Shown: in pieces, positions 7,312 through 16,711 of the stretch
How the letters are laid out: each line of letters opens with the position of its first letter
How positions within the stretch are numbered: the first letter of the stretch is position 1
From: a virus
Lineage: Duplodnaviria > Caudoviricetes
Virus record (IMG/VR): IMGVR_UViG_3300024346_000014
Location: 61,650-125,649 of that record
Length of the DNA stretch: 64,000 bases
Reading direction: 5' to 3' (one strand)
Position numbers and translations under genes: made by a program
The notes under the pieces: model-generated
What the model was told of the DNA's origin: nothing
What the model saw: the letters and a program-made list of their open reading frames with translations, nothing else
Databases searched by the model: none

Positions 7312-7842
7312 CTAAGTGGTCTCAGGGTCACGCGACTCTTGTATCAGCCAGCCCTCTGCCCGTGCCGCCAGGAGTATCTTTACTAGTCTAGGCCAGTTCT
7401 CACCAAGTTCTAACCGGGTATATTCAACTTGGCGCCTACGTTCTGGGTCAATATCCTGAGTAGGGGCTGCCAAGCAATCTAGAATAAACCTTTGATTATC
7501 CCATATTTCTCTGCCAGCCGGGTCCATTCCACCTCTTGGGTACCATTCTACTACCTGGGTCCCTGGCCAAACTTGGCCTTCCGGGTTTAACAGTACAAAA
7601 AACCGGAAATAACCATGATCACATTCTATGGCATAGAATCTGGTATACTCTGGATCCTGCCCGTCTATTAGGTCATTATTACTTATATTTAAACTGGCTG
7701 TTTCTAAACATTCCAATCGGGTATATTCTGGACTATTACATTTCACTTCAAAGGCTAGGCTAAACAGTCTTTCCCTCTCCTCTGGGGTTTGGTACTGTTC
7801 TATTAAGATTTGGGCTATTTCTTCTTGCTGGTATGTTTCCAT
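7312..7842 (-). CDS. hypothetical protein
   Basis: 176 aa ORF, GC-richer codons than the rest of the window. Confidence 0.75.
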   Translation of the reverse strand: METYQQEEIAQILIEQYQTPEERERLFSLAFEVKCNSPEYTRLECLETASLNISNNDLIDGQDPEYTRFYAIECDHGYFRFFVLLNPEGQVWPGTQVVEWYPRGGMDPAGREIWDNQRFILDCLAAPTQDIDPERRRQVEYTRLELGENWPRLVKILLAARAEGWLIQESRDPETT

Positions 7843-7859
7843 AATTAATTATTTAAGTT

Positions 7860-8216
7860 TTAAGTTTTTGTTGTCTTGGGTTTTTGCAACCACTCTTTTA
7901 CCAGTTCCCTGCCACTGTAATCCTGTCTACTGCATGCTTCTTTTAAGGTTTTGCCTGGTACATATCCAGCTAGATATTCCATTATTTCCCAGTCTTTGCC
8001 GGCTAGATCATTCCAGAAAACATATATGTCGCTCCCTGTGATATCTAAATGGTCAAGTGTTTGGATTATCTTTATAGAACCTATTAGCTCCTCTGGCGGT
8101 CTGCTTATCATTTCAATCAGGCACTTCATTGCACCCGGGTTTCCTTTTGATCTCTGCGTTATGTCTGCTATTGCTTCAATCATGTTAGTCTCTATTAATA
8201 AAGTATTTTTTACCAC
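7860..8216 (-). CDS. conserved phage hypothetical protein (SxGNPGA motif)
   Basis: SKGNPGAM...LDHLDITGSDIYVFWND; start may be internal MIEAIADI. Confidence 0.7.
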   Translation of the reverse strand: MVKNTLLIETNMIEAIADITQRSKGNPGAMKCLIEMISRPPEELIGSIKIIQTLDHLDITGSDIYVFWNDLAGKDWEIMEYLAGYVPGKTLKEACSRQDYSGRELVKEWLQKPKTTKT

Positions 8217-8592
8217 TCTTACGGATAAACCCGTTTGTTCTAAGAGAACTTAGGTAATTCAGTATAGTTATTTGTTTATATTGCTTTATAGACTCTCTAA
8301 TAGGTTGGGTACGATTATGTATCTGTTTAAAGGTACACCCGGTTCCAGCACTAGCTTGTAACACAGGTATGATAGAGTCAAAAGCTGCATTTAGGTTTGG
8401 GTCTTTTGTAACCGGCCTCTGTATAGCCTGCTCTGTGATTACGGAGTTTTCCCCTGTTGTGGGTTTTATTGTTACCTGACTGGCTGCTGGTCCCAGTACC
8501 CTTTCAATAGTTATACGGGCTCCTCTTAGTTCTTCTAACTGTTGTGTCAATTCTGTTTCTTTTTGCATTAACTGCTGTAGTACTTCTTTCAT
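8185..8592 (-). CDS. coiled-coil plus putative winged-helix DNA-binding protein
   Basis: N-terminal heptads; C-terminal CTFKQIH...ITILNYLSSLRTNGFIRKSGKKYF resembles a wHTH. Confidence 0.55.
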   Translation of the reverse strand: MKEVLQQLMQKETELTQQLEELRGARITIERVLGPAASQVTIKPTTGENSVITEQAIQRPVTKDPNLNAAFDSIIPVLQASAGTGCTFKQIHNRTQPIRESIKQYKQITILNYLSSLRTNGFIRKSGKKYFINRD

Positions 8593-8802
8593 CTTTTTTA
8601 AATTTTAATGATTATACAGATATAATACTAAAAATACTCAGGGAGTTAACCCTAATAAGTCAAAAATGTGCAATGAGAAATTTTTTTTCGGCGCAAGGCG
8701 CGTGTGGATTCAGAGAGTAGTCATATCAATAGTACCGAGGTATACCCTAAACCCCGCTGTAGAAAACCCAAAAATGACAATCTGAATCGCGCAAAACCGG
8801 CT

Positions 8803-8994
8803 TTATTCTGCCTCAGCTCCAGTTAACGCTTCTATTTGATCTGCTATACGAAGTGCCTCTGCGTATTTTGCATCGCTGGCCGTTCTGTTTACTTTCGAAA
8901 GCGTAAACGCTTCATGAAGAGTTTTCTTGTACTTTTCATCTAGTTTTTCTCGAAGTGACTTGGATCTAAATAGCCTTTTTATTAAATTAATCAT
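8803..8994 (-). CDS. Lacal_2735-family small protein (Flavobacteria-like)
   Basis: KSLREKLDEKYKKTLHEAFTLSKVNRTASDAKYAEA pattern. Confidence 0.7.
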   Translation of the reverse strand: MINLIKRLFRSKSLREKLDEKYKKTLHEAFTLSKVNRTASDAKYAEALRIADQIEALTGAEAE

Positions 8995-9487
8995 ATTTTT
9001 CTTTGTATTGTTGAAAGTCTTTGCTGTTAACTAAATAACCCCAATGTAATAGACTTTGTTGTATTCTAGGAGATATATCCCAATCGCCGGTTTGGTGTAT
9101 CATTTTATATATTCTTCTTCTCCACCTGCCGTTTTCTCCACAAAAATCATTCCACCTCTTTATTTGCCTACTGTCGTCTGGGTGACGCCTTCCGTTGTAA
9201 TATTTTATATACCATTCAAACCAGCCATACGGGTCATCATCGTGTATCCATTTCATTTCTCTCCAATATTCATATGAAGTTCCGCTTTTAACCTTGAATT
9301 TATTAAGTTTAGTAATATAGGTTTTATTTAGGTATAAATCTATAGGCACATCCGGCAAGGCTCTCTTAAATAGAGTAGAATAGTCGCTGTCCCCTTCTAG
9401 AGCCTCTATACCAAAATAAGAACCTCCAAAAACACCTTCTTTAAGCATTTGTATAGGACTTAGTGCTGGGCAAAAATCTTTAATCAT
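8987..9487 (-). CDS. conserved hypothetical protein (DPxGWFxWYxxYYxGRR family)
   Basis: GVFGGSY, WIHDDDPYGWFEWYIKYYNGRRHPDDSRQIKRW. Confidence 0.75.
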   Translation of the reverse strand: MIKDFCPALSPIQMLKEGVFGGSYFGIEALEGDSDYSTLFKRALPDVPIDLYLNKTYITKLNKFKVKSGTSYEYWREMKWIHDDDPYGWFEWYIKYYNGRRHPDDSRQIKRWNDFCGENGRWRRRIYKMIHQTGDWDISPRIQQSLLHWGYLVNSKDFQQYKEKYD

Positions 9488-9786
9488 TGCATTAATTGTG
9501 TTAATAAAAAAGCCAACTTATATCCCATAAATGCACCAAGTGCAGTTGGTACCGGAAACACTATGAACTTTCCTAAACTTGTTACATACTTGGGTCGGTT
9601 AACAACTCGCCCTAGAAAAAAGTAATAGACCATGTAACCTAATAATACTAAAATGTCTACTCGCTCTGCTATAAACACTACTAAAACTGCCCCAAGTAGT
9701 CCAAATAAAAAGTTGTCAACTACAGCTGAAATTAACTCCTTACTACTAGTTTGTCTAAACTCTTTTTGTATTTTTTTAAGACTCAT
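9484..9786 (-). CDS. 3-TM membrane protein
   Basis: 100 aa hydrophobic, coupled to neighbours. Confidence 0.75.
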   Translation of the reverse strand: MSLKKIQKEFRQTSSKELISAVVDNFLFGLLGAVLVVFIAERVDILVLLGYMVYYFFLGRVVNRPKYVTSLGKFIVFPVPTALGAFMGYKLAFLLTQLMQ

Positions 9787-10058
9787 CTTTGTTTTGGTAT
9801 TTTAATCTCAAACGTATCAACAATAATAGTTTCAATGTCATTAAAGTAAGAACAAATATGTTCTTCTTCAATATGAACGTGTTGAGATTCTATACAAATA
9901 GTATCTCGCTCTATAAATTGAATTACAGAATATGAATCACACATACTATCTTTAGTTTTACAACTAAACAATATAATTATAAATGCGGTGAATATTGTAT
10001 TTCTAAGTAACATATTGTTACGCTTATTTATTTTTAGCATTTTGGTAACTAAAATCAT
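9783..10058 (-). CDS. putative lipoprotein
   Basis: Hydrophobic signal ending in lipobox LFSC; start likely at MLLRNTIF. Confidence 0.6.
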   Translation of the reverse strand: MILVTKMLKINKRNNMLLRNTIFTAFIIILFSCKTKDSMCDSYSVIQFIERDTICIESQHVHIEEEHICSYFNDIETIIVDTFEIKIPKQR

Positions 10059-10209
10059 TTTTTTTAATGGTTCTTTGGTATGCTAGTTCATAGATATCCA
10101 ACAGTAACATATTAGGTTTTTCAATTCTAATTAATGAAACATTGTTAAATAATTCTTTGTGTTTATTTAAATCATAAGCACTGTATACTAAATCTTCTAT
10201 TCTACTCAT
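10024..10209 (-). CDS. hypothetical protein
   Basis: 61 aa ORF in a co-directional gene string. Confidence 0.65.
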   Translation of the reverse strand: MSRIEDLVYSAYDLNKHKELFNNVSLIRIEKPNMLLLDIYELAYQRTIKKNDFSYQNAKNK

Positions 10210-10360
10210 TTTTATTTTGATCTATATTATTCATCCAATCCCATTCCCTTTTCCTGTATGCAAGGGTATCCATTTCATAAGTCTTTTCAAAAAATAATAT
10301 AGCTAATTTAATAAACTTTTTTAATAATTTCATATTTACTAGTATCGTCTGAATTTAAAT

Positions 10361-10519
10361 TTAAAAATCTTTAATTTTGTCTATCTTCTTTTTTAAGTCT
10401 TCTATTTCCATAGCTCTTAATTTAAGAGGTCCAATAATTGCTACATAACAATTATTTTCTTTAATGATCTCATATCCTCTATGTGATATATCAAATTTTT
10501 TAAAAATTTTATTTTTCAT
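10361..10519 (-). CDS. small hypothetical protein (not in ORF track)
   Basis: 52 aa MKNKIFKKFDISHRGYEIIKENNCYVAIIGPLKLRAMEIEDLKKKIDKIKDF. Confidence 0.55.
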   Translation of the reverse strand: MKNKIFKKFDISHRGYEIIKENNCYVAIIGPLKLRAMEIEDLKKKIDKIKDF

Positions 10520-10522
10520 ATT

Positions 10523-10723
10523 TTATATTTTTTTATTTATCATATGCCAAGTACTGACTACATCTAAAAAAAGGTCAGTGTGACTATGAACGGTATTTGG
10601 AAAAATAGATTTGGTTCTTTTTGACCATTCCCATGCCCATTTGTGAGCGCTGTTTTTTTGTTCTTTAGTTTTACAGCTCATCACTATTTTATTTACATAT
10701 TTAAATTGATCTGTTAAATTCAT
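10523..10723 (-). CDS. hypothetical protein
   Basis: 66 aa, KIVMSCKTKEQ...W motif common in phage small ORFs. Confidence 0.7.
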   Translation of the reverse strand: MNLTDQFKYVNKIVMSCKTKEQKNSAHKWAWEWSKRTKSIFPNTVHSHTDLFLDVVSTWHMINKKI

Positions 10724-10724
10724 T

Positions 10725-10982
10725 TTAATCTAATAATATCATATATGCTTTCGCGTTATTATTTCTAAACCAAGATATTCCTTTTGCCATTTCACCTTGA
10801 AACTTAACAGTTCTAGGATCCATTACTCCTCCCATTTCTTGTATAATAGTATTTAACCCTAATACGTAGTCGTAAATGCTAAGTTCTAATGCGTTTAGTT
10901 CAAATTGCATTCCACTATATGGGTTTTTTACAATACTGCCTTTTTCGTATAACTCTCCTGTAAACCAACTCGGTGTTTTCAT
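10725..10982 (-). CDS. conserved phage hypothetical protein
   Basis: WFTGELYEKG..VKNPYSG...ELSIYD...WFRNNNAKAYMILLD. Confidence 0.75.
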   Translation of the reverse strand: MKTPSWFTGELYEKGSIVKNPYSGMQFELNALELSIYDYVLGLNTIIQEMGGVMDPRTVKFQGEMAKGISWFRNNNAKAYMILLD

Positions 10983-11419
10983 GATTTTATTTTTTTCCAG
11001 AGGACTCCATTTTCTGAAGCACCTATATAATAATATATTCCATACCCTAAATAATGAGGCTCTTTTTCTTCTTTAACAAATAATCTAATTATTAAACCTT
11101 TTTTACTCTTTTTCCATTGAAGTATTTCTTCTTTTTTTGAAATATCTTTCCATGTCTCTATAAATTTATCATCTACAAATATATTACTCCATTTTCCATC
11201 ATCTTTAGCTAAATCTATAAATTGGTTGTATATTTCATTTTTACATACAAAACCTGCTTTAGAACCTCTTCCCATATATGTTTTATCTTTGTCTTTCATA
11301 TTAGAAGTATATTCAGTAGTCTTTTCTATAATATTACGACCTTGGGCTATGGTTTTAAATTTTTTATTTTCAAAGGACTCATATTCATTTTTAGATATCT
11401 TTTCAAGTAAAGTTTTCAT
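10979..11419 (-). CDS. hypothetical protein (possible SRA/DUF3427-like)
   Basis: 146 aa; IRLFVKE...YLG motif; family assignment weak. Confidence 0.6.
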   Translation of the reverse strand: MKTLLEKISKNEYESFENKKFKTIAQGRNIIEKTTEYTSNMKDKDKTYMGRGSKAGFVCKNEIYNQFIDLAKDDGKWSNIFVDDKFIETWKDISKKEEILQWKKSKKGLIIRLFVKEEKEPHYLGYGIYYYIGASENGVLWKKIKS

Positions 11420-11519
11420 ATATTAATTTTTTAGTTTTTCAATATTAAATATATTATACTAAATAATATCGATAACATTACATATTACTACGTTTACATA
11501 ATATTAATTGGTAAATTTT

Positions 11520-11527
11520 TATAAATA
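11520..11527 (+). promoter_or_regulatory. T4-type late promoter TATAAATA
   Basis: Exact T4 late consensus 13 nt before ATG 11541. Confidence 0.65.
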
Positions 11528-11540
11528 AAAATAAAAAGCT

Positions 11541-12242
11541 ATGATACAAGAAATAACCCTTTATAGATCGGAAGTTACTGGAGAATTATTTGAATCACAA
11601 AGTGCTGCCACTAATAGAGATAATATGCTTCTTAAAGAATATAACGGCGTTTTACTTGAAGAAAACTGGGGATATGCCAATTCATATATAAGAAAAGTAT
11701 TATTAAGCGAAATCAAGGATCCTAAAAGCGATAATGCTAAATTAGCAAAAGATCTTTATGATGCTCTATATAGTAAAGCAGATGTAAATAATAGATTTTA
11801 CAATGTAAATCCTTTTGAAATAATTTGGCAAATGGAATATGTCTATTCATTTAATTCAGAAATTTCTCAAGGAACTAATAAATCTTACTTTGACTATAAA
11901 CACGCAGCACAAGCATGGGCAAAAGATAATGCAGGCGGTGGCTTTGATCAGCCAGTGAACTGGTTGGTAGAAAAAGGATTTGAATGGACAGCTACATCCA
12001 TAACTGGCGGACCGGCTCAGTCTTTTAAAAATAGCATGGATGGTGATATTCTAATAGCACTTGATGGAGTAGAAGTAGTAGGTAAAGCTAACGCAACTGA
12101 TGAGTTTATCATAGATGAAGAGGATACAGCAGAAATACGATGGGATTCAGCAGAAACTGCAGTATTTTCATTCCAAAATTCAAAAGGAGGTATAGTAACT
12201 TTTAATCTAGCTTATCAAGCAGCATTATTTGGAACAAAGTAG
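11541..12242 (+). CDS. hypothetical late protein
   Basis: 233 aa; N-terminus resembles that of 12308-12598. Confidence 0.8.
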   Translation: MIQEITLYRSEVTGELFESQSAATNRDNMLLKEYNGVLLEENWGYANSYIRKVLLSEIKDPKSDNAKLAKDLYDALYSKADVNNRFYNVNPFEIIWQMEYVYSFNSEISQGTNKSYFDYKHAAQAWAKDNAGGGFDQPVNWLVEKGFEWTATSITGGPAQSFKNSMDGDILIALDGVEVVGKANATDEFIIDEEDTAEIRWDSAETAVFSFQNSKGGIVTFNLAYQAALFGTK

Positions 12243-12307
12243 CTTTTGCAATAAGAGGTAATGTGTTATTTAATTAACGTTAAAAGATAAAAAATAATAT
12301 TATAAAA

Positions 12308-12598
12308 ATGGCAGAAAAAATAAAAGGATTTAAAACAGAAGATGGAACATTGTTTTCATCACTAGAAGCGGCTAAAAAACACGAAAAAGAACGAGAAAAC
12401 AGCGAGGCTTTTCTAAAAGAAATTTTTCTTAAAGAAATGTCAGGTGTACCTAAATATGGAAAATATGTTAATGCGTCTAACTCATCTTTTCGCAGAAATG
12501 TTGGCAATGCAGGCGCTTTGGATATATTAAAAGATTTAAGCATTAATTATCCAACTCAATATATAAATTCTTCTGGAGAAGGTGATAGAGAGCGATAA
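12308..12598 (+). CDS. hypothetical protein
   Basis: FKTEDGTLFSSLEAAKKHE motif. Confidence 0.7.
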   Translation: MAEKIKGFKTEDGTLFSSLEAAKKHEKERENSEAFLKEIFLKEMSGVPKYGKYVNASNSSFRRNVGNAGALDILKDLSINYPTQYINSSGEGDRER

Positions 12599-13315
12599 AT
12601 GATTTTTTATACAAAAAACATATTACTTTTCTTCATATGCATATGCCTCTTGAGTTGTCAAAAAGAGGAATTACTGCCTATTGAACCAGCTGCTGCTGTT
12701 GTTGCTCAGTCTCCACCATGTTATACATCAACTGATCTCAATAGCTTTTTGACTCAGTATGGAACACATGCAGCTGATATAGTTCCATTAGTACCAAGCG
12801 ACTATTTTCAAGACGCTAATTGCGGTGTAGCTAAGTGGAAGGCAGATGTGCGAATACTTGATACTAGCGGTACACTTATTGCAACCGACCTTCAACCTAT
12901 TTCTATTAATTGGACGTTAGATGATGACATTCCTATTGTAACTGAAGACTGGACGCTTCCTTTCTATACATACGTAAACGAGGAAATTAATACCGATTGT
13001 CCTGGAATCTTTCAACCTACATGTAACGGTTTTCATGAACTACAAATTACGATGGAATTTGCAGACGGCACTATTTATAGTAGAAATGGAACGGCGTACG
13101 GACAAGTAAACAATGCACCAGTCTCTCTTTGCGAATTAGGTTCAGAAAGCTACGAAGCCTCTGACTTGAATATATTTGACTTTGATTGCTTATGTCCTAT
13201 TGAATTCGAATCTTACGAGTTTTTGGTACAGGGTTTAGAATGGGACTTAAATAACGATGGATCCGTTAATGTGTCAGATTTAAATATATTTCTAGCAGGG
13301 TTTGGTGATTGCTAG
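12599..13315 (+). CDS. lipoprotein with dockerin/EF-hand-like Ca-binding motifs
   Basis: Lipobox LLSC; C-terminal WDLNNDGSVNVSDLNIFLAGFG, partial copy STDLNSFLTQYG. Confidence 0.7.
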   Translation: MIFYTKNILLFFICICLLSCQKEELLPIEPAAAVVAQSPPCYTSTDLNSFLTQYGTHAADIVPLVPSDYFQDANCGVAKWKADVRILDTSGTLIATDLQPISINWTLDDDIPIVTEDWTLPFYTYVNEEINTDCPGIFQPTCNGFHELQITMEFADGTIYSRNGTAYGQVNNAPVSLCELGSESYEASDLNIFDFDCLCPIEFESYEFLVQGLEWDLNNDGSVNVSDLNIFLAGFGDC

Positions 13316-13590
13316 TTTGAGTTGTATTTTGCAAGACGATTAGCTCTCCATTTATGTATGAGCTTTTCTTTCTTACCTCTGGATAATTTTTTTATACTTA
13401 ATTCTTCTTTAGTTGCTAATGATCTATTTTCAAAGTATGTATATTCTTCTAATCTAACAGGAGTTCTGCTTCTAGTATATTTAGCACCTTTTCCACTATT
13501 ATGTTCATTTAATCTTCTTTCAATATCAGTGGTTATTCCAGTGTAATATGTTCCATCTGAACAAGACAATATGTATACTTTCCAATCCAT
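13312..13590 (-). CDS. GIY-YIG nuclease (UPF0213/YhbQ-like)
   Basis: VYILSCSDGTYYTGITTDIERRLNEHNSGKGAKYTR. Confidence 0.9.
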   Translation of the reverse strand: MDWKVYILSCSDGTYYTGITTDIERRLNEHNSGKGAKYTRSRTPVRLEEYTYFENRSLATKEELSIKKLSRGKKEKLIHKWRANRLAKYNSN

Positions 13591-13602
13591 TGTTTTATGT
13601 AA

Positions 13603-14496
13603 TTAAACTAACATGTTTTTTGTTTTGCGTATTGATTCTATCCACTCTTCTAGGCTCTCTTGGGGTTCCCATTGAAGTACTTCATTAGTATCAGATGGAA
13701 ACTCCTCAGATGTAAACCTTTCACCTCTGCGTTCAGGTATTAAGTGCCAATCTCCTTTATTATATAAGTTTGCAACATCTATTATAGATACGTTTTTACC
13801 AGACCTTAGGTGCCATTCTTTATTCATTCCTATACATGCGGCTTTACTTACTCCTCTAACTACATCACGTACATGAGTAAAATCTCTAGTCTGAGTACCT
13901 GGGCTTACTACGGTCATGGTTTCTCCATTTAAATACTGATTTTGAAATATTCCAATAACCGTTGCGTAATCTCCGGATGTTATTTGACCTGGTCCATATA
14001 CATTAAAAAAGTAACATATTTCATATTGTAGATCATACCAACTATTGTAGTTTTTAATTAATTCTACTATTTTTGATTTGGCCCATGAATATGGGCTTAG
14101 ATTTTCATCTTTTCCTTCGTTTCCAAATTTTGAACTACTTGCTGAGTATATTAATTTAGCTCCCCATAATCTACACATTTCTAATATTCTAGTTGTTCCA
14201 TGTAAATTTGTTTTCATTACATAATTAACATCATCAAACGATTTAACTATCCTGGAGTATTCACCAAAATGAAAAACTGTATCGAAATCTTCTTTATCTG
14301 AAAATATTTCTTCTACGTCCCATGTAGAACCCGTGATGTACTTTACTTTAAAATTATCTATTTCGTTTTCTTTTTTACCTGTAAAGTAATTATCTAACAC
14401 TACAATCTTTTCTATTTCAAGATGATCTTTTAGTAATTGGTTAATTAAATTAGAGCCAACGAAACCTGCTCCGCCTGTTATTAGTACACTTTTCAT
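13603..14496 (-). CDS. NAD-dependent nucleotide-sugar epimerase/dehydratase
   Basis: TGGAGFVGS, YSASSS, YSWAK (YxxxK), FNVYGP, TRDFTHV. Confidence 0.9.
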   Translation of the reverse strand: MKSVLITGGAGFVGSNLINQLLKDHLEIEKIVVLDNYFTGKKENEIDNFKVKYITGSTWDVEEIFSDKEDFDTVFHFGEYSRIVKSFDDVNYVMKTNLHGTTRILEMCRLWGAKLIYSASSSKFGNEGKDENLSPYSWAKSKIVELIKNYNSWYDLQYEICYFFNVYGPGQITSGDYATVIGIFQNQYLNGETMTVVSPGTQTRDFTHVRDVVRGVSKAACIGMNKEWHLRSGKNVSIIDVANLYNKGDWHLIPERRGERFTSEEFPSDTNEVLQWEPQESLEEWIESIRKTKNMLV

Positions 14497-14516
14497 ATAT
14501 GTTAACTATTTTAACT

Positions 14517-14544
14517 ATTATACGAAATAAACAAAATAGGGTTT
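14517..14544 (-). promoter_or_regulatory. AAAC-N17-GTATAAT promoter (putative phage-sigma class)
   Basis: Same motif at 23370, 25479, 37870, 37913, 45950. Confidence 0.65.
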
Positions 14545-14572
14545 TAAATAAATAATTAAAATATCATACGCT

Positions 14573-16234
14573 ATGCTTAAGAGGCTAACTTTATTATCGA
14601 AAATATCAATAGTTTTACTTTTTTTATTAATGACATTTATATTTGTACTAAATATCACTTTGATATTTGAATTAATAGAAGTTACTTATATGACTTCTTC
14701 AATGTGTTTTATATGCATGCTATTATCAATACCGTTTATACTTATTATAATCAAGGATGCTTTAAAAAACCAAAGACTAGAAGCGGTTAAAAGAAATACA
14801 ATTGAAAACATATTAAACGAGTCATCTTTGATTTCAAAAACAGATAAAGAAGGAACGATAACTCACGTCAATAAATTGTTCTGTGATTCATCTGGATATA
14901 AACCCCATGAGTTACTAGGTAAGAATCATTCTATGTTAAGTTCAGGTAAGCACGACATTAACTTTTGGAAAAAAATGTATAATGCCACGGTTGACCACAA
15001 AACAATATGGAATGAAATAGTGACAAATAAAAGAAAAAATGGAAAAACTTATACAGTAGATTCATGGATAATGGCAGAATTTGATAACAAGGGAAATCAT
15101 ATAGGCTTTATGGCAGTCAGGCATAATTTAACTGGATTGTACGAGTCTTTAGAAAAACTAAAGAATAAAGAAGATGAAATGACAGGTATCATGAATGCAA
15201 TAAATCAATCTAGCGCTACTGTAGAATTTTGCACAAATGGATTTGTTATAGATGCAAATAACAAGTTTTTAGAAATGACAGGTTATCCTACTCTTCATGA
15301 AATACAGGGAAAGCATCATACTATATTCATGGATGAGAGAGAATATGATAATAATAACGAGTATGAAATGTTTTGGAAAAGCATAAAAGAAGGAGTCATT
15401 AAATATGGAGAATATATGAGAATACGAAAAGATGGCTCTATTATTTGGGTAGCAGGTACGTATACGCCTATAATAGATTCTAAAGGTAAAACTGTTAAAA
15501 TTCTTAAGATAGCGAACGACATTACAGGCTCAATAAATCAAAAAATAGAATTAGAAAGAAAAAATTCATATTTAGAACATGCATCTAAAATATTAAGACA
15601 TGATATGCATAGTGGTATAAATACATATATTCCTCGAGGCATATCTTCATTTGAAAGAAGGCTTATCAAGTTTTCTGAAGAAAACGATATACACCCTGAG
15701 GCTTTAGAAAAAATGTTTGAAGGACCTATGAAATTACTTAAAGGTGGTTTAGCTCATTCTCAAAAAGTATACAACGGAGTTAAAGAATTTACTAACTTAG
15801 TAAAAAAAGAATCTACTATGGAAATAGAAAAGGCAGATTTAACACATATACTTAAAATTTATTTAAAAAACACTGCATATTCAAGCAGTGTTTCAATATC
15901 TGAATTAGGAAACGAAATTGTAAATGTTTCATTATTCTGCACGGCAGTAGATAACTTAATAAGAAATGGATTAAAATATAACGATAGTAATACTAAATTA
16001 GTTAAAGTGTATAGAAAAAAAGAAAATATAATAGTAGAAGATAATGGAAGAGGAATGACGAAATCAGAATTTGAAGAATATTCAAAGCCATATACTAGAA
16101 AGCGCAATAATACTGAATCTGGAAGTGGACTGGGATTAAATATATGTATAGCTATTATGAAAGAACATGGATGGAAATTAAACCTCTTAAAAGCGCGAAA
16201 AGGAACTAAACTGGAAATATCTCTAGATAAATAA
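14573..16234 (+). CDS. membrane sensor histidine kinase, 2 TM-PAS-PAS-HisKA-HATPase
   Basis: PAS ISKTDKEGTITHVNKLFC..SGY..ELLGKNH; H-box ILRHDMHSG; N-box DNLIRNGLKY; EDNGRG; GSGLGL; AATAAATA at 14547-14554. Confidence 0.92.
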   Translation: MLKRLTLLSKISIVLLFLLMTFIFVLNITLIFELIEVTYMTSSMCFICMLLSIPFILIIIKDALKNQRLEAVKRNTIENILNESSLISKTDKEGTITHVNKLFCDSSGYKPHELLGKNHSMLSSGKHDINFWKKMYNATVDHKTIWNEIVTNKRKNGKTYTVDSWIMAEFDNKGNHIGFMAVRHNLTGLYESLEKLKNKEDEMTGIMNAINQSSATVEFCTNGFVIDANNKFLEMTGYPTLHEIQGKHHTIFMDEREYDNNNEYEMFWKSIKEGVIKYGEYMRIRKDGSIIWVAGTYTPIIDSKGKTVKILKIANDITGSINQKIELERKNSYLEHASKILRHDMHSGINTYIPRGISSFERRLIKFSEENDIHPEALEKMFEGPMKLLKGGLAHSQKVYNGVKEFTNLVKKESTMEIEKADLTHILKIYLKNTAYSSSVSISELGNEIVNVSLFCTAVDNLIRNGLKYNDSNTKLVKVYRKKENIIVEDNGRGMTKSEFEEYSKPYTRKRNNTESGSGLGLNICIAIMKEHGWKLNLLKARKGTKLEISLDK

Positions 16235-16273
16235 ACATAACAAACAATAACAAACAATAATATTTAAATCCAT

Positions 16274-16711
16274 ATGATTGACTCAATAATGTTAATAGAC
16301 GATGAAGATCTATTTCACCTAGTATTTGAAGATGCATGCAGTTTATTAGATATAACATTATCTTTACGTGCAATTAACAGTGCTGATAGTGCTGAAAAAA
16401 TGTTTAAAAAATGGTTCGATGGAATAGAAAAACATGAAAAACCATCATGTGTTTTCGTAGACTTAAATATGATAGGTTCTTCTTTCGATGGAATAGAACT
16501 AATTAGAAGAATAAATTTTAATTACGGTAATCATGTGGTTATTGGAATAATATCATCTAGCGATGAAGAAGAAGAACAAGCAAGAGCAATAAGCGCAGGT
16601 GCACAATTCTGGATAATTAAATCAGATGAAATAGAACCTAGGCTGGAAGTTTTTCTAAAGGATTATCCAGGATATGTAGATAGATCGAATTCTTTTAAGA
16701 TATACAAATGA
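16274..16711 (+). CDS. stand-alone response regulator receiver (CheY-like)
   Basis: LIDDED, phospho-Asp in FVDLNM, DG, IISSS, WIIK; no output domain. Confidence 0.92.
   Translation: MIDSIMLIDDEDLFHLVFEDACSLLDITLSLRAINSADSAEKMFKKWFDGIEKHEKPSCVFVDLNMIGSSFDGIELIRRINFNYGNHVVIGIISSSDEEEEQARAISAGAQFWIIKSDEIEPRLEVFLKDYPGYVDRSNSFKIYK

Noticed and set aside
13312-13590. GIY-YIG as homing endonuclease or intron marker
   Set aside because: Short UPF0213-type with no DNA-binding extension; neighbouring genes are intact
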